Source: Desulfomicrobium sp. (GTDB lineage: Bacteria; Desulfobacterota; Desulfovibrionia; Desulfovibrionales; Desulfomicrobiaceae). Taken from it: 64,000 nt of DNA. The notes under the pieces were generated by a model. The model ran no database searches. It worked only from the letters and a program-made list of their open reading frames with translations, and was not told the DNA's origin. A program made the position numbers and the translations under genes. The stretch covers positions 1,120,001 to 1,184,000 of the forward strand of contig JAXGMI010000001.1 in the NCBI GenBank assembly GCA_040768745.1. Direction: 5' to 3'. The first letter of the stretch is position 1; every line of letters starts with the position of its first letter. Below are positions 47,664 through 56,803 of the stretch, piece by piece.

Positions 47664-48785
47664 TCAGAGGGGAGGATGCTGCTGCAGGAAGGCGGCCAGG
47701 GAGAGGGAGCCGCCCTTGAGGCCGAGTTTGCGGCGGATGTTCTTGCGGTGGGTCTGCAGGGTTTCGAAGGACATGCCGAGCTGTTCGGCGATGGCCCGGC
47801 CCTGCCAGCTCTGCTGGATCAGACGGCAGATGTCCGTTTCCCGGGGCGTGAGGCGGGCGAAGAGGGTGGCCGCGTCGGGGGGCGTCTCGACCATGTCCGC
47901 GATCTTTTCCTCCAGGGCCGAACGGTAGGCCTGCCGCACCAGGTGCGAGTCCTCCTGGACGATACGCTCAACCGTGGGCAGGACCTCTTCGCGGACCTGC
48001 TGCACGAGGCCGTCCTTGAGTTCCTGCCGCTCCTCCTCCACGTTGCGCAGGACCTGTTTCAGGGCCGTGTTCATGTCCGCGACCTGCATGCGGCTTCTGG
48101 CCAGGTCGCGCTCCAGGGCGATGCGCCGCCGCTGGTCGCCGAGCATGAACTGATAGAGGCGTATCGTTCCCACGCTGAGGCAGCGGATGGTCATCTTGAC
48201 GGGTGTTTCCTGCCCGTCCGGGCCGAGAGTGGCCAGCGAACCGCGCCAGAAGGCGCCGCTTTTCAGGGCCCGGGCCGTGGCCAGGACCCTTGCCTCGTCC
48301 AAGGGGCGCAGGATGCGCGGCAGACCAGAGCCGTCCAGACATTCGTCGCCGGCGGCGTACAGGACGTGCGCCTTGCGGTTGGCCGCCAGGATGCGGAAGG
48401 TGTCGTCCGTCAGCAGAATGGCGTCGCGGGCGTCGTTGAAGACCGCGTTGAACACGGCGTAATCAAGGGCCGATGCTGTCTGGGCAGTGTTGTCCACGGC
48501 CAGGGTCAGGGTCGCCAGGGTCACGACGGCAAGGAAGGCGCCGGCCGGGGCCAGGCGTGCGGGGATGGGCATGAGGCGCAGGATGAGGGGCTCCCCGCGC
48601 GGGCCACTCAGGCTGTGGCCCGCGTCGGCAGGAAAGCGGGCCGTCATGGCCCCCATGCCTGCCGCGTCGATGCCGAGCGCGTTCCACAGGGGCGTGCCCG
48701 CCGGGATGTCCCATTCGGGTGTTTCCTCGGCGCGTGCTTCGGTGATCCTGCCCGCGGCGTCGCAAAAAAAGAGCACCGTCGGCAT
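47664..48785 (-). CDS. PAS-domain LuxR-family transcriptional regulator
   Basis: GGAGGA RBS before ATG 48785. PAS ('AVFNDARDAILLTD..ILAAN'), coiled coil, LuxR HTH 'LTPRE..IAEQLGMSFETLQTHRKNIRRKLG'. Confidence 0.85.
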   Translation of the reverse strand: MPTVLFFCDAAGRITEARAEETPEWDIPAGTPLWNALGIDAAGMGAMTARFPADAGHSLSGPRGEPLILRLMPIPARLAPAGAFLAVVTLATLTLAVDNTAQTASALDYAVFNAVFNDARDAILLTDDTFRILAANRKAHVLYAAGDECLDGSGLPRILRPLDEARVLATARALKSGAFWRGSLATLGPDGQETPVKMTIRCLSVGTIRLYQFMLGDQRRRIALERDLARSRMQVADMNTALKQVLRNVEEERQELKDGLVQQVREEVLPTVERIVQEDSHLVRQAYRSALEEKIADMVETPPDAATLFARLTPRETDICRLIQQSWQGRAIAEQLGMSFETLQTHRKNIRRKLGLKGGSLSLAAFLQQHPPL

Positions 48786-48953
48786 CGGCGAATCCTCCAT
48801 GGCGTGTTTCCTTGAGCCGGCTGGCGGGGCACAGGCCCTCATCGTGCAGGCTAAGCCATGGCGGACCAAAATACAACCGCCCCGGATCAAAGGTCGGGAG
48901 CGGACGTGGCCGCGCGCCGTTTGCCACGCGGAAAGACGGAACGGGAACGCCGC

Positions 48954-50327
48954 TCAGAGCTTCAGGGAGCCTTCGGCCTGCGTTCCGACATGCGTCAGTC
49001 GGTACTCCTCGAGTTTTCGGTACAGGGTCTTGCGGCCGATGCCCAGGATCTGGGCCGCCCGGGATTTGTTGCCCTGAACTGCGTGCATGACCATGCTGAT
49101 GTGTGAGCGCTCCAGTTCCTCCAGGGTGGAGAAGCTCGCATCCCGGGAGGTCTGGGAGCTTTTCTGGAAGAAGGGCAGGGCGTTGACGTTGATAATGTTG
49201 TTTTCAGCCAGGATCATGCCGCGCTCAATGATGTTCTTCAACTCACGCACGTTGCCCGGCCAGGGGTTGTCCATGAGCTGCTGCATGGCCCGGGGTGAAA
49301 TTTTATACTCCCGTCCGTCCTTGGCCAGGGACATGAGAAAGTATTCGACCAGGGCGGGGATGTCCTCACGACGTTCGCGAAGCGGGGGAAGCTCGATGTT
49401 GAAAACATTGATGCGGTGGTAGAAGGCGTCATGGAATCGGCCCTCCTCCACCTCCTTGGCCAGGTTCCTGTTGGTGGCGAAGATGAAGCGCACATCCACG
49501 CAGCGCTCCTCCTTGTCCCCTACCCGTCGGAAATGCTGGGTTTCGAGGAGGCGCAGGAGCGCTCCCTGCAGATCCAGGGTCAGTTCCCCCACCTCGTCGA
49601 AAAAGAGAGTCCCTTTGTGGGCCAGGGCCAGCAGTCCGTCGGTGCTGCGGTCTGCCCCCGTGAAGGCGCCCTTGCAGTAGCCGAACAGTTCGCTGCGCAG
49701 GAGTTCCTTGTCGAACGTGCCGCAGTTCTTGATGATGAGGGGCTGGCCTGCGCGTCTGCTCTTGGCATGCAAGGCCGCGGCGGCCACATTCTTGCCTGTC
49801 CCCGATTCACCCGTGAGCAGAACCGGGACATCCGTGGGTGCAGCTTTTTCGATCAGGAAGCGGACATGCTGTACGGATTGGGAATGGCCGATGAATTTTG
49901 GCGTGGGTTTGTGGTCTGTTTGGCGCAGGAGCTCGTTCTCCCGCTGCAGACGGACGCGCTGGTAGGCCTTCTCGATGACCAGTTCGATGCGTTCCAGGGA
50001 AAAGGGCTTGGTGATGTAGTCGTAAGCCCCGTTCTTCATGGCCTCCACGGCGTTGTCCACGTCGGCGTAGCCGGTGATGAGAATGATGGCCACATTGGGA
50101 ACGGTTTCCAGGAACCTGGTCATCAGTTCCAGGCCATTGGCGTCGGGCAGGTGGATGTCCAGGATGATGATGTCGCAGAAATGCTTGCGCAGATGTTCGA
50201 AGGCCTCGGCTGCACTACCCACCGTATGGATGTTCCGGCCGGGAGAGGCCAGTTCCCGGGAGAATAGCTTGCGTATATTGGACTCGTCGTCAACGACGAG
50301 AATTTCGATGGAATTGAAAATACTCAT
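48954..50327 (-). CDS. sigma54-dependent two-component response regulator (NtrC family)
   Basis: Intact receiver (VDDE, D, T, KP); GESGTGK; GAFTGA; Fis HTH. Confidence 0.95.
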   Translation of the reverse strand: MSIFNSIEILVVDDESNIRKLFSRELASPGRNIHTVGSAAEAFEHLRKHFCDIIILDIHLPDANGLELMTRFLETVPNVAIILITGYADVDNAVEAMKNGAYDYITKPFSLERIELVIEKAYQRVRLQRENELLRQTDHKPTPKFIGHSQSVQHVRFLIEKAAPTDVPVLLTGESGTGKNVAAAALHAKSRRAGQPLIIKNCGTFDKELLRSELFGYCKGAFTGADRSTDGLLALAHKGTLFFDEVGELTLDLQGALLRLLETQHFRRVGDKEERCVDVRFIFATNRNLAKEVEEGRFHDAFYHRINVFNIELPPLRERREDIPALVEYFLMSLAKDGREYKISPRAMQQLMDNPWPGNVRELKNIIERGMILAENNIINVNALPFFQKSSQTSRDASFSTLEELERSHISMVMHAVQGNKSRAAQILGIGRKTLYRKLEEYRLTHVGTQAEGSLKL

Positions 50328-51550
50328 GTTTCGTGACCTTGTGTTTTTCCGTGGAGGTCCATGGGAAGCATGACCCGGAAAATGGATCCTTTGCCCACTT
50401 CACTGCAGACGTGAATCTCTCCGTCATGGTTTTTGATGATGTTGTAGCAGATGGACAGACCGATGCCGATACTGTGCCCCTTGGTTTTGGTGGTGAAGAA
50501 GGGGATGAACAGCTTGTTCAGGTTTGCCGGGGGAATGCCCTGCCCTGTGTCCTCCACAATCAGGGCGGCGTGGTCCCCGTTATCCAGGCAGGTGCGGATG
50601 GTGATGGTGCCCTGGCTGTCCATGGCGTCCATGGCGTTCAGCACCAGATTGAGCAGAACCTGCTTGAGTTCTCCCTGGGCCCTCTGAATTTTGACGGGTT
50701 CGGGGTGGAGTTCCTGGACCAGGGCGATGCCTGGATGTTGTTTGATCTGGTGATGCAGGATCTTGAGGGAGTCCGTCACCAGGGAGTTGAGATCCATTTG
50801 GCTGAATTTACATGATTTCTGGCTGCTGAAGGAAAGCAGATTGCTAACGATGTCCCGACAACGGTTGCATTCTTCCACAATGATGCTGGTGTACTCCTCG
50901 AAATCCTGGAGAATGGCGGCGTCAGTTCCATTCCCGATGAGGGTGGCAAGAAGGGGGATGCGTCGTTTGAGGGCTTCTGAAAACCCGCTGATGGCTGCCA
51001 GGGGGTTGTTGATTTCATGGGCCACCCCTGCAGACAAAAGTCCGATGGTGGCCATCTTTTCAGCCTGATAGTACTTGGCCTGATACTCTTTTTCGAGCGT
51101 AACGTCCCGTTTGGACACAAGCACGGTGCGGACCCTCCCCTTGTCGTCGAACATGGGTGAGGCGACCATTTCGAAATGGGTGGTGCGGTCGTTGCGGGGA
51201 TCAATATAGGATGTGCGTTCCGGTTTGCCGGTCTTCAGGGCCATGCGCAAGGGACATTCGGGGCAGGGCTCGTCCCGGCCGCGAAACACATCGTAGCAGT
51301 AAAGGCCCTGAGGGCGGACAATGTCAAAATAATCGTGAAAGACCTTGTTCACATAGATGATGTGGTAATCAGGTGAGATGACCGCCAGCACGTCCATGAT
51401 TCCGTTCAGGATGTCCTGGATTTCCTGCTTTTTCTCTTCCAGCTCGATGTTGTAGGTACGCAACTCGGCCATCTTTTCCTGCACTTCGCGGAAAAAGCCG
51501 AGTTTGGTGTAATCCGAACCGATGATGTCGCGCAGGTTCGTCTTGGCCAT
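50324..51550 (-). CDS. Cytoplasmic PAS sensor histidine kinase
   Basis: No TM segment; PAS with 'CY..F.GR..PCPECP'; H-box 'AHEINNPL'; N, G1, F, G2 boxes. ATG overlaps the upstream stop (TAATG). Confidence 0.93.
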   Translation of the reverse strand: MAKTNLRDIIGSDYTKLGFFREVQEKMAELRTYNIELEEKKQEIQDILNGIMDVLAVISPDYHIIYVNKVFHDYFDIVRPQGLYCYDVFRGRDEPCPECPLRMALKTGKPERTSYIDPRNDRTTHFEMVASPMFDDKGRVRTVLVSKRDVTLEKEYQAKYYQAEKMATIGLLSAGVAHEINNPLAAISGFSEALKRRIPLLATLIGNGTDAAILQDFEEYTSIIVEECNRCRDIVSNLLSFSSQKSCKFSQMDLNSLVTDSLKILHHQIKQHPGIALVQELHPEPVKIQRAQGELKQVLLNLVLNAMDAMDSQGTITIRTCLDNGDHAALIVEDTGQGIPPANLNKLFIPFFTTKTKGHSIGIGLSICYNIIKNHDGEIHVCSEVGKGSIFRVMLPMDLHGKTQGHET

Positions 51551-52692
51551 TACCAGACCTTTTGACAGATGGAGAGCAGTTCCGTGGCCGTGGCCGGGCG
51601 CGGATTGGTCAGCAGGCATGCGTCCCTGGTGGCCATTTCGCAAATCTGGGGAAAAGCTGTCTCGTCGTTCACGATTTCCCGGAAGCGGGTGGCAGTGCCC
51701 AGCTCCACGAAAATTTCCCTGAGCCGTTCGATCCCGCCTTGGGCAGTCTGGGCTGTCGAGGAAAGTTTCCGGCCAAGGACGATTTCGCCGATATTGGCCA
51801 TTTTTGTTTCACAGGCCGGAAGGTTGTAGCTCATGACTTCCGGGAGCAGAACAGGGTGGACCATGCCGTGGGTGGTGTCGAAAAACCCGCCCAGGGAGTG
51901 GGCGATAGCGTGGCACGCGCCCAGGCTGGCGTTGCTGAAACTCATGCCTGCGGCTGTGGCCGCGATGGACAGGTTCTCCATGGCCAGAGGGTCTCTGGTT
52001 TTCAGGGCCGGGTTGATGTTTTCCAAAATGAGGAGGATGGCCTTCATGGCCTGGGTTTCGGTCAGGGTGTGAGCGATGGTGGACACGTAGGATTCCACGG
52101 CGTGAGCCAGGGCGTCCACTGCCGAGGAGACGATGAGGTCGTCGTCAGCCGTGGACAGCATGTCCGGATCGATGATGGATACGTTGGGAGTCAGGGAACG
52201 GCTGATGAGGGACATTTTGACCCTGCGGCCGACGTCAGTGATGATTGCGAATTGGGAAATGTCCGAACCGCTTCCGGCTGTTGAGGGCAGAAAGATCATG
52301 GGAGGAAGCGGACTGGTGATGAGGTTGGCCCCTTCGTAGTCCTGGATGATGCCGCCGTTGCTGACCACGGTGGCCACGCCTTTGGCCATGTCCATGGGGC
52401 TGCCGCCGCCCAGGGCGATGACCACGTCCGCATGCTCTTTCCTGTAGAGATCTGCCCCCTGGTGGACTTCGTAGTCACGCGGATTGGCGCTGACATTGGC
52501 GTAATAGACCCACCGCAATGCAGAGTCTTCAATTATTTCAATGAGTTTACTGACCCATCCGGAGCGCTCCAGGCCAGGATCGCTGACCACGAAGACCTTT
52601 TTTGCCCCAAGTTGCAGGGCATAGGAGCCGGTATAGTGCATGCTGCCACGTCCAAAAATGATTTCGGGCAGCGAGAATTTACGGATATCCAT
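51550..52692 (-). CDS. ercA: Iron-containing ADH-like protein, ErcA-type (probable regulatory role)
   Basis: 'KFSLPEIIFGRG', 'GGGSPMD', 'STAGSGSDISQFAII', 'DALAHAVE', 'HAIAHSLGG..HG'. Translationally coupled to the kinase. Confidence 0.75.
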   Translation of the reverse strand: MDIRKFSLPEIIFGRGSMHYTGSYALQLGAKKVFVVSDPGLERSGWVSKLIEIIEDSALRWVYYANVSANPRDYEVHQGADLYRKEHADVVIALGGGSPMDMAKGVATVVSNGGIIQDYEGANLITSPLPPMIFLPSTAGSGSDISQFAIITDVGRRVKMSLISRSLTPNVSIIDPDMLSTADDDLIVSSAVDALAHAVESYVSTIAHTLTETQAMKAILLILENINPALKTRDPLAMENLSIAATAAGMSFSNASLGACHAIAHSLGGFFDTTHGMVHPVLLPEVMSYNLPACETKMANIGEIVLGRKLSSTAQTAQGGIERLREIFVELGTATRFREIVNDETAFPQICEMATRDACLLTNPRPATATELLSICQKVW

Positions 52693-52908
52693 GTTTCGTC
52701 CTGGTGTTGATGTTGTTCTTGGGACCCTGTCGGATTGGGACCGCCCATGCATGGGTTGCAAGAACATGACCGGATTCTCTTTTCGGGATTCGTGTGCGGA
52801 GATCGCGCTTTCGTCGTTCTCACCACTTGAAATATAAAGGAAAGAAACACGAAATCCGGGATTGAGGACAGCGGCATGGAATTTCATGTTTAGTCCGGAA
52901 GGGCATAA

Positions 52909-53104
52909 TGTATCCTTTTGTCCCAGGCATGGCCGAAAGTCCAGGATCAAAGTGATACAGGGGCCCTCCCCGGCAGCATCGTCGGAAAATGCCAACAGGG
53001 GGCGCTGAAGGGCATATTCATAGCAGGTTCGTTTTGATTTCGATAGGATAAAATTAATTCTGGTTCGCCATCACCTCTTTTCTCATTCTGGCCTCATTCT
53101 TGCC
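52909..53104 (+). promoter_or_regulatory. sigma54 promoter of adh with candidate enhancer pair
   Basis: -24/-12 TGGCCTCATTCTTGCC (53089-53104). Inverted related sites TGTATCCTTTTGTCCCA (52909-52925) and AGGATCAAAGTGATACA (52943-52959). Confidence 0.65.
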
Positions 53105-53170
53105 TTATGAAAATCACAAGAGTTCAGAGTCTGTTTTTCCAAGGCAACAATCTTTAGCGAGGTGCAAGTC

Positions 53171-54352
53171 ATGGCAGTTCAAGAAATGGTGTACGGATTT
53201 TTCATTCCCAGTGTGACCCTGATCGGTATTGGCGCTTCCAAGCAGATTCCTGAGAAAATCAAGGCGCTGGGCGGCAGCAAGCCCCTGGTCGTCACGGACA
53301 AGGGCATCACGGGTTGCGGGCTGACCAAACAGATCACCGACCTGCTCGACGCCGCCGGCATGAAGTACGAAGTCTATGACGAAACCATCCCGAATCCCAC
53401 GGACAACAACGTGCACGCCGGCGTTGAGGTCTACAAGAAGAAAAAATGCGATTCCCTGATCTCCCTGGGCGGCGGTTCCTCCCACGACTGCGGCAAGGGC
53501 ATCGGCTTGGTCGTCGCCAACGGCGGAAAGATTCATGACTTCGAAGGTGTGGACAAGTCCACCAAACCCATGCCCCCGTACCTGGCCGTGAACACCACCG
53601 CCGGCACGGCCTCGGAAATGACCCGTTTCTGCATCATCACCGACACTTCCCGCAAGGTGAAGATGGCCATCGTCGACTGGCGCGTCACTCCTGGCATTGC
53701 CATTGACGACCCGATGCTGATGGTCGGCATGCCCCCGGCGCTGACCGCGGCCACCGGCATGGACGCCCTGACCCACGCCGTGGAGGCCTACGTTTCCACC
53801 ATAGCCACTCCCATGACCGACGCCTGCGCCCAGAAGGCCATCGAACTGATCGCCAAGTACCTGCGCAAGGCCGTGGCCAACGGCAAGGACATCGAAGCCC
53901 GTGAAGGCATGTGCTTCGCGCAATACCTGGCCGGCATGGCCTTCAACAACGCCAGCCTCGGTCATGTGCATGCCATGGCGCACCAGTTGGGTGGCTTCTA
54001 CGACCTGCCCCACGGCGAATGCAACGCCATCCTGCTGCCCCATGTGGAGCGCGCCAACATGAACGCCAAGCTGGAGCGTTTCGTCGATATGGCCCGCTTC
54101 CTGGGCGAAAATGTGGACGGCCTGTCCATCCGAGCCGCTGCCGAGAAATGTCTTGACGCCATCAAGCAGCTGTCAACCGACGTCAGCATTCCTTCCGGCC
54201 TGATCGAGCTGGGCAAGCGCTATGGCAAGAACGTGAAGAAGGAAGACATCGCCATCATGACCGGCAACGCCCAGAAGGACGCTTGCGGTTTGACCAACCC
54301 CCGCTGCCTGAAGGACGCCGACGTAGTGGCCATTTACGAAGCTGCTCTGTAA
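53171..54352 (+). CDS. adh: Iron-containing alcohol dehydrogenase
   Basis: GAGG RBS. 'GGGSSHD', 'NTTAGTASE', 'DALTHAVE', 'HAMAHQLGG..HG'. Confidence 0.95.
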   Translation: MAVQEMVYGFFIPSVTLIGIGASKQIPEKIKALGGSKPLVVTDKGITGCGLTKQITDLLDAAGMKYEVYDETIPNPTDNNVHAGVEVYKKKKCDSLISLGGGSSHDCGKGIGLVVANGGKIHDFEGVDKSTKPMPPYLAVNTTAGTASEMTRFCIITDTSRKVKMAIVDWRVTPGIAIDDPMLMVGMPPALTAATGMDALTHAVEAYVSTIATPMTDACAQKAIELIAKYLRKAVANGKDIEAREGMCFAQYLAGMAFNNASLGHVHAMAHQLGGFYDLPHGECNAILLPHVERANMNAKLERFVDMARFLGENVDGLSIRAAAEKCLDAIKQLSTDVSIPSGLIELGKRYGKNVKKEDIAIMTGNAQKDACGLTNPRCLKDADVVAIYEAAL

Positions 54353-54419
54353 TGGCGGTGGCGCACCGGGCGATTCCGGCGCGTATAACCTGCGGCTCGC
54401 ACGAAACGAGGATGCCTGT

Positions 54420-54599
54420 ATGTGGATTGATGATCTTTCTCTGCTGCGCCTGGAAGAGGTGGACTGGAAGATCGGTCACGTGCTGGACGAATTGAGCGTG
54501 ACTGCGCGGGACGAGGATTTCCTGGAATTCTCCGGATTCGAGAACGATCCGAACCGCCGCGCCGAGCCCCTGGAGAGGACGGCGCACCAGGAGACATGA
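54420..54599 (+). CDS. Small acidic hypothetical protein (59 aa; absent from the ORF track)
   Basis: GAGGA RBS. Translation MWIDDLSLLRLEEVDWKIGHVLDELSVTARDEDFLEFSGFENDPNRRAEPLERTAHQET; mostly G/C third positions. Confidence 0.6.
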   Translation: MWIDDLSLLRLEEVDWKIGHVLDELSVTARDEDFLEFSGFENDPNRRAEPLERTAHQET

Positions 54600-54672
54600 A
54601 GGACTGATGCCGCTCCGGCAGGGTCGCGGCAGTAACAGGAAAACAGGATTGCATCATCCGACGGATGTCGGC

Positions 54673-54717
54673 GGGCAGGGTTGGGGGTAGGGACTACTTC
54701 CAACCCTGCCCTTTTTT
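54673..54717 (+). terminator. Strong intrinsic terminator upstream of aor
   Basis: GGGCAGGGTTGGGGGTAG-GGA-CTACTTCCAACCCTGCCC-TTTTTT. Confidence 0.8.
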
Positions 54718-54796
54718 AAGGATTGTGCCACGGCTGACAGGATTGCTGCCGGCTGTATTCCCCAACCAAACAATAACCAAACAATACGGAGCACCC

Positions 54797-56518
54797 ATGA
54801 AGATTCTACGCATCAATACGCGGACCAAGGGCTATACGTTCGAGTCCTGTGGAGCCTTGTCCGGTCTGGGTGGTCGGGCCCTGACGTCACGAGTGGTGAA
54901 TAAGGAAGTTCCGGCGGACTGTCACCCGCTTTCCGCGGACAACAAGCTGGTCATTGCCGGCGGTGTTCTGGCCCCGACCAACGCGGCCAATTCCGGCCGT
55001 GTGTCCGTGGGGTCCAAGTCGCCGCTGACCGGTGGCATCAAGGAGAGCAATTCCGGCGGGCAGTTCGCGCACACGCTGCCCAAGCTGGGCCTGCAGGCCA
55101 TCATCCTGGAGGACAAGCCGGCGGCGGGCAGCCCCATGCAGGAGATTTTCATCACGGCGGACAAGGTGGTGTTCAAGGATTCCGCCGTGGCCGGGATGCG
55201 CACGTACGCGGCCCAGGAGAAGCTGCTGGCGGCATATGGAGAGAAGGCCGTGACGGCCATGGTCGGCCCTGCCGGGGAGCAGTGTCTGTCCGCGGCCACC
55301 ATTCAGTTCTCGGATCCCGAAGGCCTGCCGTCCCGTTCGGCCGGCCGCGGGGGCATGGGTGCGGTCATGGGTTCCAAGGGCGTGAAGGCCATCATCCTGG
55401 ACCCGGAGGCCGATGTGAAGACCGCATACGGCAATGAGGAGCTGTTCAAGGAGGCCCGCAAGGAGTGGGTCGACATCCTGCGCAACCATCCCGTGACCAG
55501 TCAGGGTCTGCCCGGGTTCGGCACGGCCGTGCTGGTCAACGTCATCAACGAGGCCGGGGCCCTGCCGACCAAGAACTTCCGCTCGGGCAAGTTCGACAGG
55601 GCGGAGAAGATCTCCGGGGAAACCCTGGCCGCCAATATCGAGAAGCGTGGGGGCAAGACCAAGCACGGCTGCCACACGGGCTGCATCATCCAGTGCTCCC
55701 AGGTCTATCATGACCAGTCGGGCAAGTACCTGACCACGGGTTTTGAGTACGAGACCATCTGGGGTTTTGGGGCCAATCTGACCATCGACAATCTGGACGA
55801 CATCGCTGTCATGGACCGGACCTGCGACGAAGTGGGGGTGGACACCATCGAGATGGCCAACACCATGGCCATGGCCATGGAGGCTGGGGTCATCGCCTGG
55901 GGCGACAGCAAGGGTGTCATCGCGGAGCTGAACAAGGTCGGGACCAAGGACCCGCTGGGCCGGATCTACGGCAACGGCACGGGCTTCACGGCCCAGGCAT
56001 TTGGCGTGGACCGGGTGCCGACCGTCAAGAACCAGGCCCTGCCGGCCTACGACCCGCGTGCGGTCAAGGGCGTGGGCGTGACCTACGCCACCACGCCCAT
56101 GGGGGCGGACCACACGGCCGGATACGGCGTGTGCCAGAACGTGTTGAAGGTAGGCGGGGATGTGGATGGGCACAAGAAGGAAGGCAACATCGCCATCTCC
56201 AAGAATCTGCAGGTGGCCACGGCGGCCGTGGATTCGCTCGGTCTGTGCCTGTTCGTGGCCTTTGCGATCCTTGACGACGCCCGCGGGGTGCCGTGCATGG
56301 CCAGGCTGGTGTCCGGTCTGACGGGCAGGGATTTCAGCGTGGACGAGATGATCGCCATGGGCGCGAACTGCCTGAAGGACGAGCTGGACTTCAACAGGCG
56401 GGCCGGCTTCACCGACGCCGACGACCAGCTGCCCCGCTTCTTCCAGCAGGAAACCCTTCCCCCGCATGGCGTCAGCTGGGGCTATTCCGCACAGGAACTC
56501 CAGGACGCAAAGGTCTGA
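54797..56518 (+). CDS. aor: Aldehyde:ferredoxin oxidoreductase (W/Mo-pterin)
   Basis: GGAG RBS. 'KSPLTGGIKESNSGG', 'AGRGGMGAVMGSKGVKAI', 'CHTGCIIQC', 'EYET', 'GADHT', 'DSLGLC'. Confidence 0.95.
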   Translation: MKILRINTRTKGYTFESCGALSGLGGRALTSRVVNKEVPADCHPLSADNKLVIAGGVLAPTNAANSGRVSVGSKSPLTGGIKESNSGGQFAHTLPKLGLQAIILEDKPAAGSPMQEIFITADKVVFKDSAVAGMRTYAAQEKLLAAYGEKAVTAMVGPAGEQCLSAATIQFSDPEGLPSRSAGRGGMGAVMGSKGVKAIILDPEADVKTAYGNEELFKEARKEWVDILRNHPVTSQGLPGFGTAVLVNVINEAGALPTKNFRSGKFDRAEKISGETLAANIEKRGGKTKHGCHTGCIIQCSQVYHDQSGKYLTTGFEYETIWGFGANLTIDNLDDIAVMDRTCDEVGVDTIEMANTMAMAMEAGVIAWGDSKGVIAELNKVGTKDPLGRIYGNGTGFTAQAFGVDRVPTVKNQALPAYDPRAVKGVGVTYATTPMGADHTAGYGVCQNVLKVGGDVDGHKKEGNIAISKNLQVATAAVDSLGLCLFVAFAILDDARGVPCMARLVSGLTGRDFSVDEMIAMGANCLKDELDFNRRAGFTDADDQLPRFFQQETLPPHGVSWGYSAQELQDAKV

Positions 56519-56635
56519 TTGTAACCTTCCACCCAGGGGCCAACCGGCCCCTGGGCAAAGATTCAGAGGCAGTGCCGCAGATTCATGCGGCTTTACTTCA
56601 TTTGCATATATATTTATCATTAAAAACAAATTGCA

Positions 56636-56742
56636 GGGGATGGGGTCCCCCTTGAACCGCGACAGCCGTCGATGACTCCTCCATTTGCACCGGCGATGGT
56701 AGGATTTTGCGGCCTCCACACCACGCTCAGGCGTGGTTTTTT
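56636..56742 (+). ncRNA. Fluoride (crcB) riboswitch with downstream terminator
   Basis: GGGGATGGGGTCCCC..AACCGC..GAC/GTC stem..GATGACTCCT fits the crcB motif. Terminator ACCACGC-TCAG-GCGTGGTTTTTT (56720-56742). Directly upstream of crcB. Confidence 0.85.
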
Positions 56743-56803
56743 ATTGTCCGGCCTGCGATAACAGTGGCACCATCAACATGATTGAATGAATGTCGAGGAG
56801 TTT

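Noticed and set aside
54600..54720. Moco/Wco riboswitch upstream of aor
   Set aside because: The context fits, but the conserved motif elements were not recognisable; reported only as a terminator with possible attenuation.
56692..56720. Second tandem fluoride aptamer starting GGCGATGG
   Set aside because: No complementary TCGCC and no downstream AACCGC/ATGAC elements; more likely part of the expression platform.
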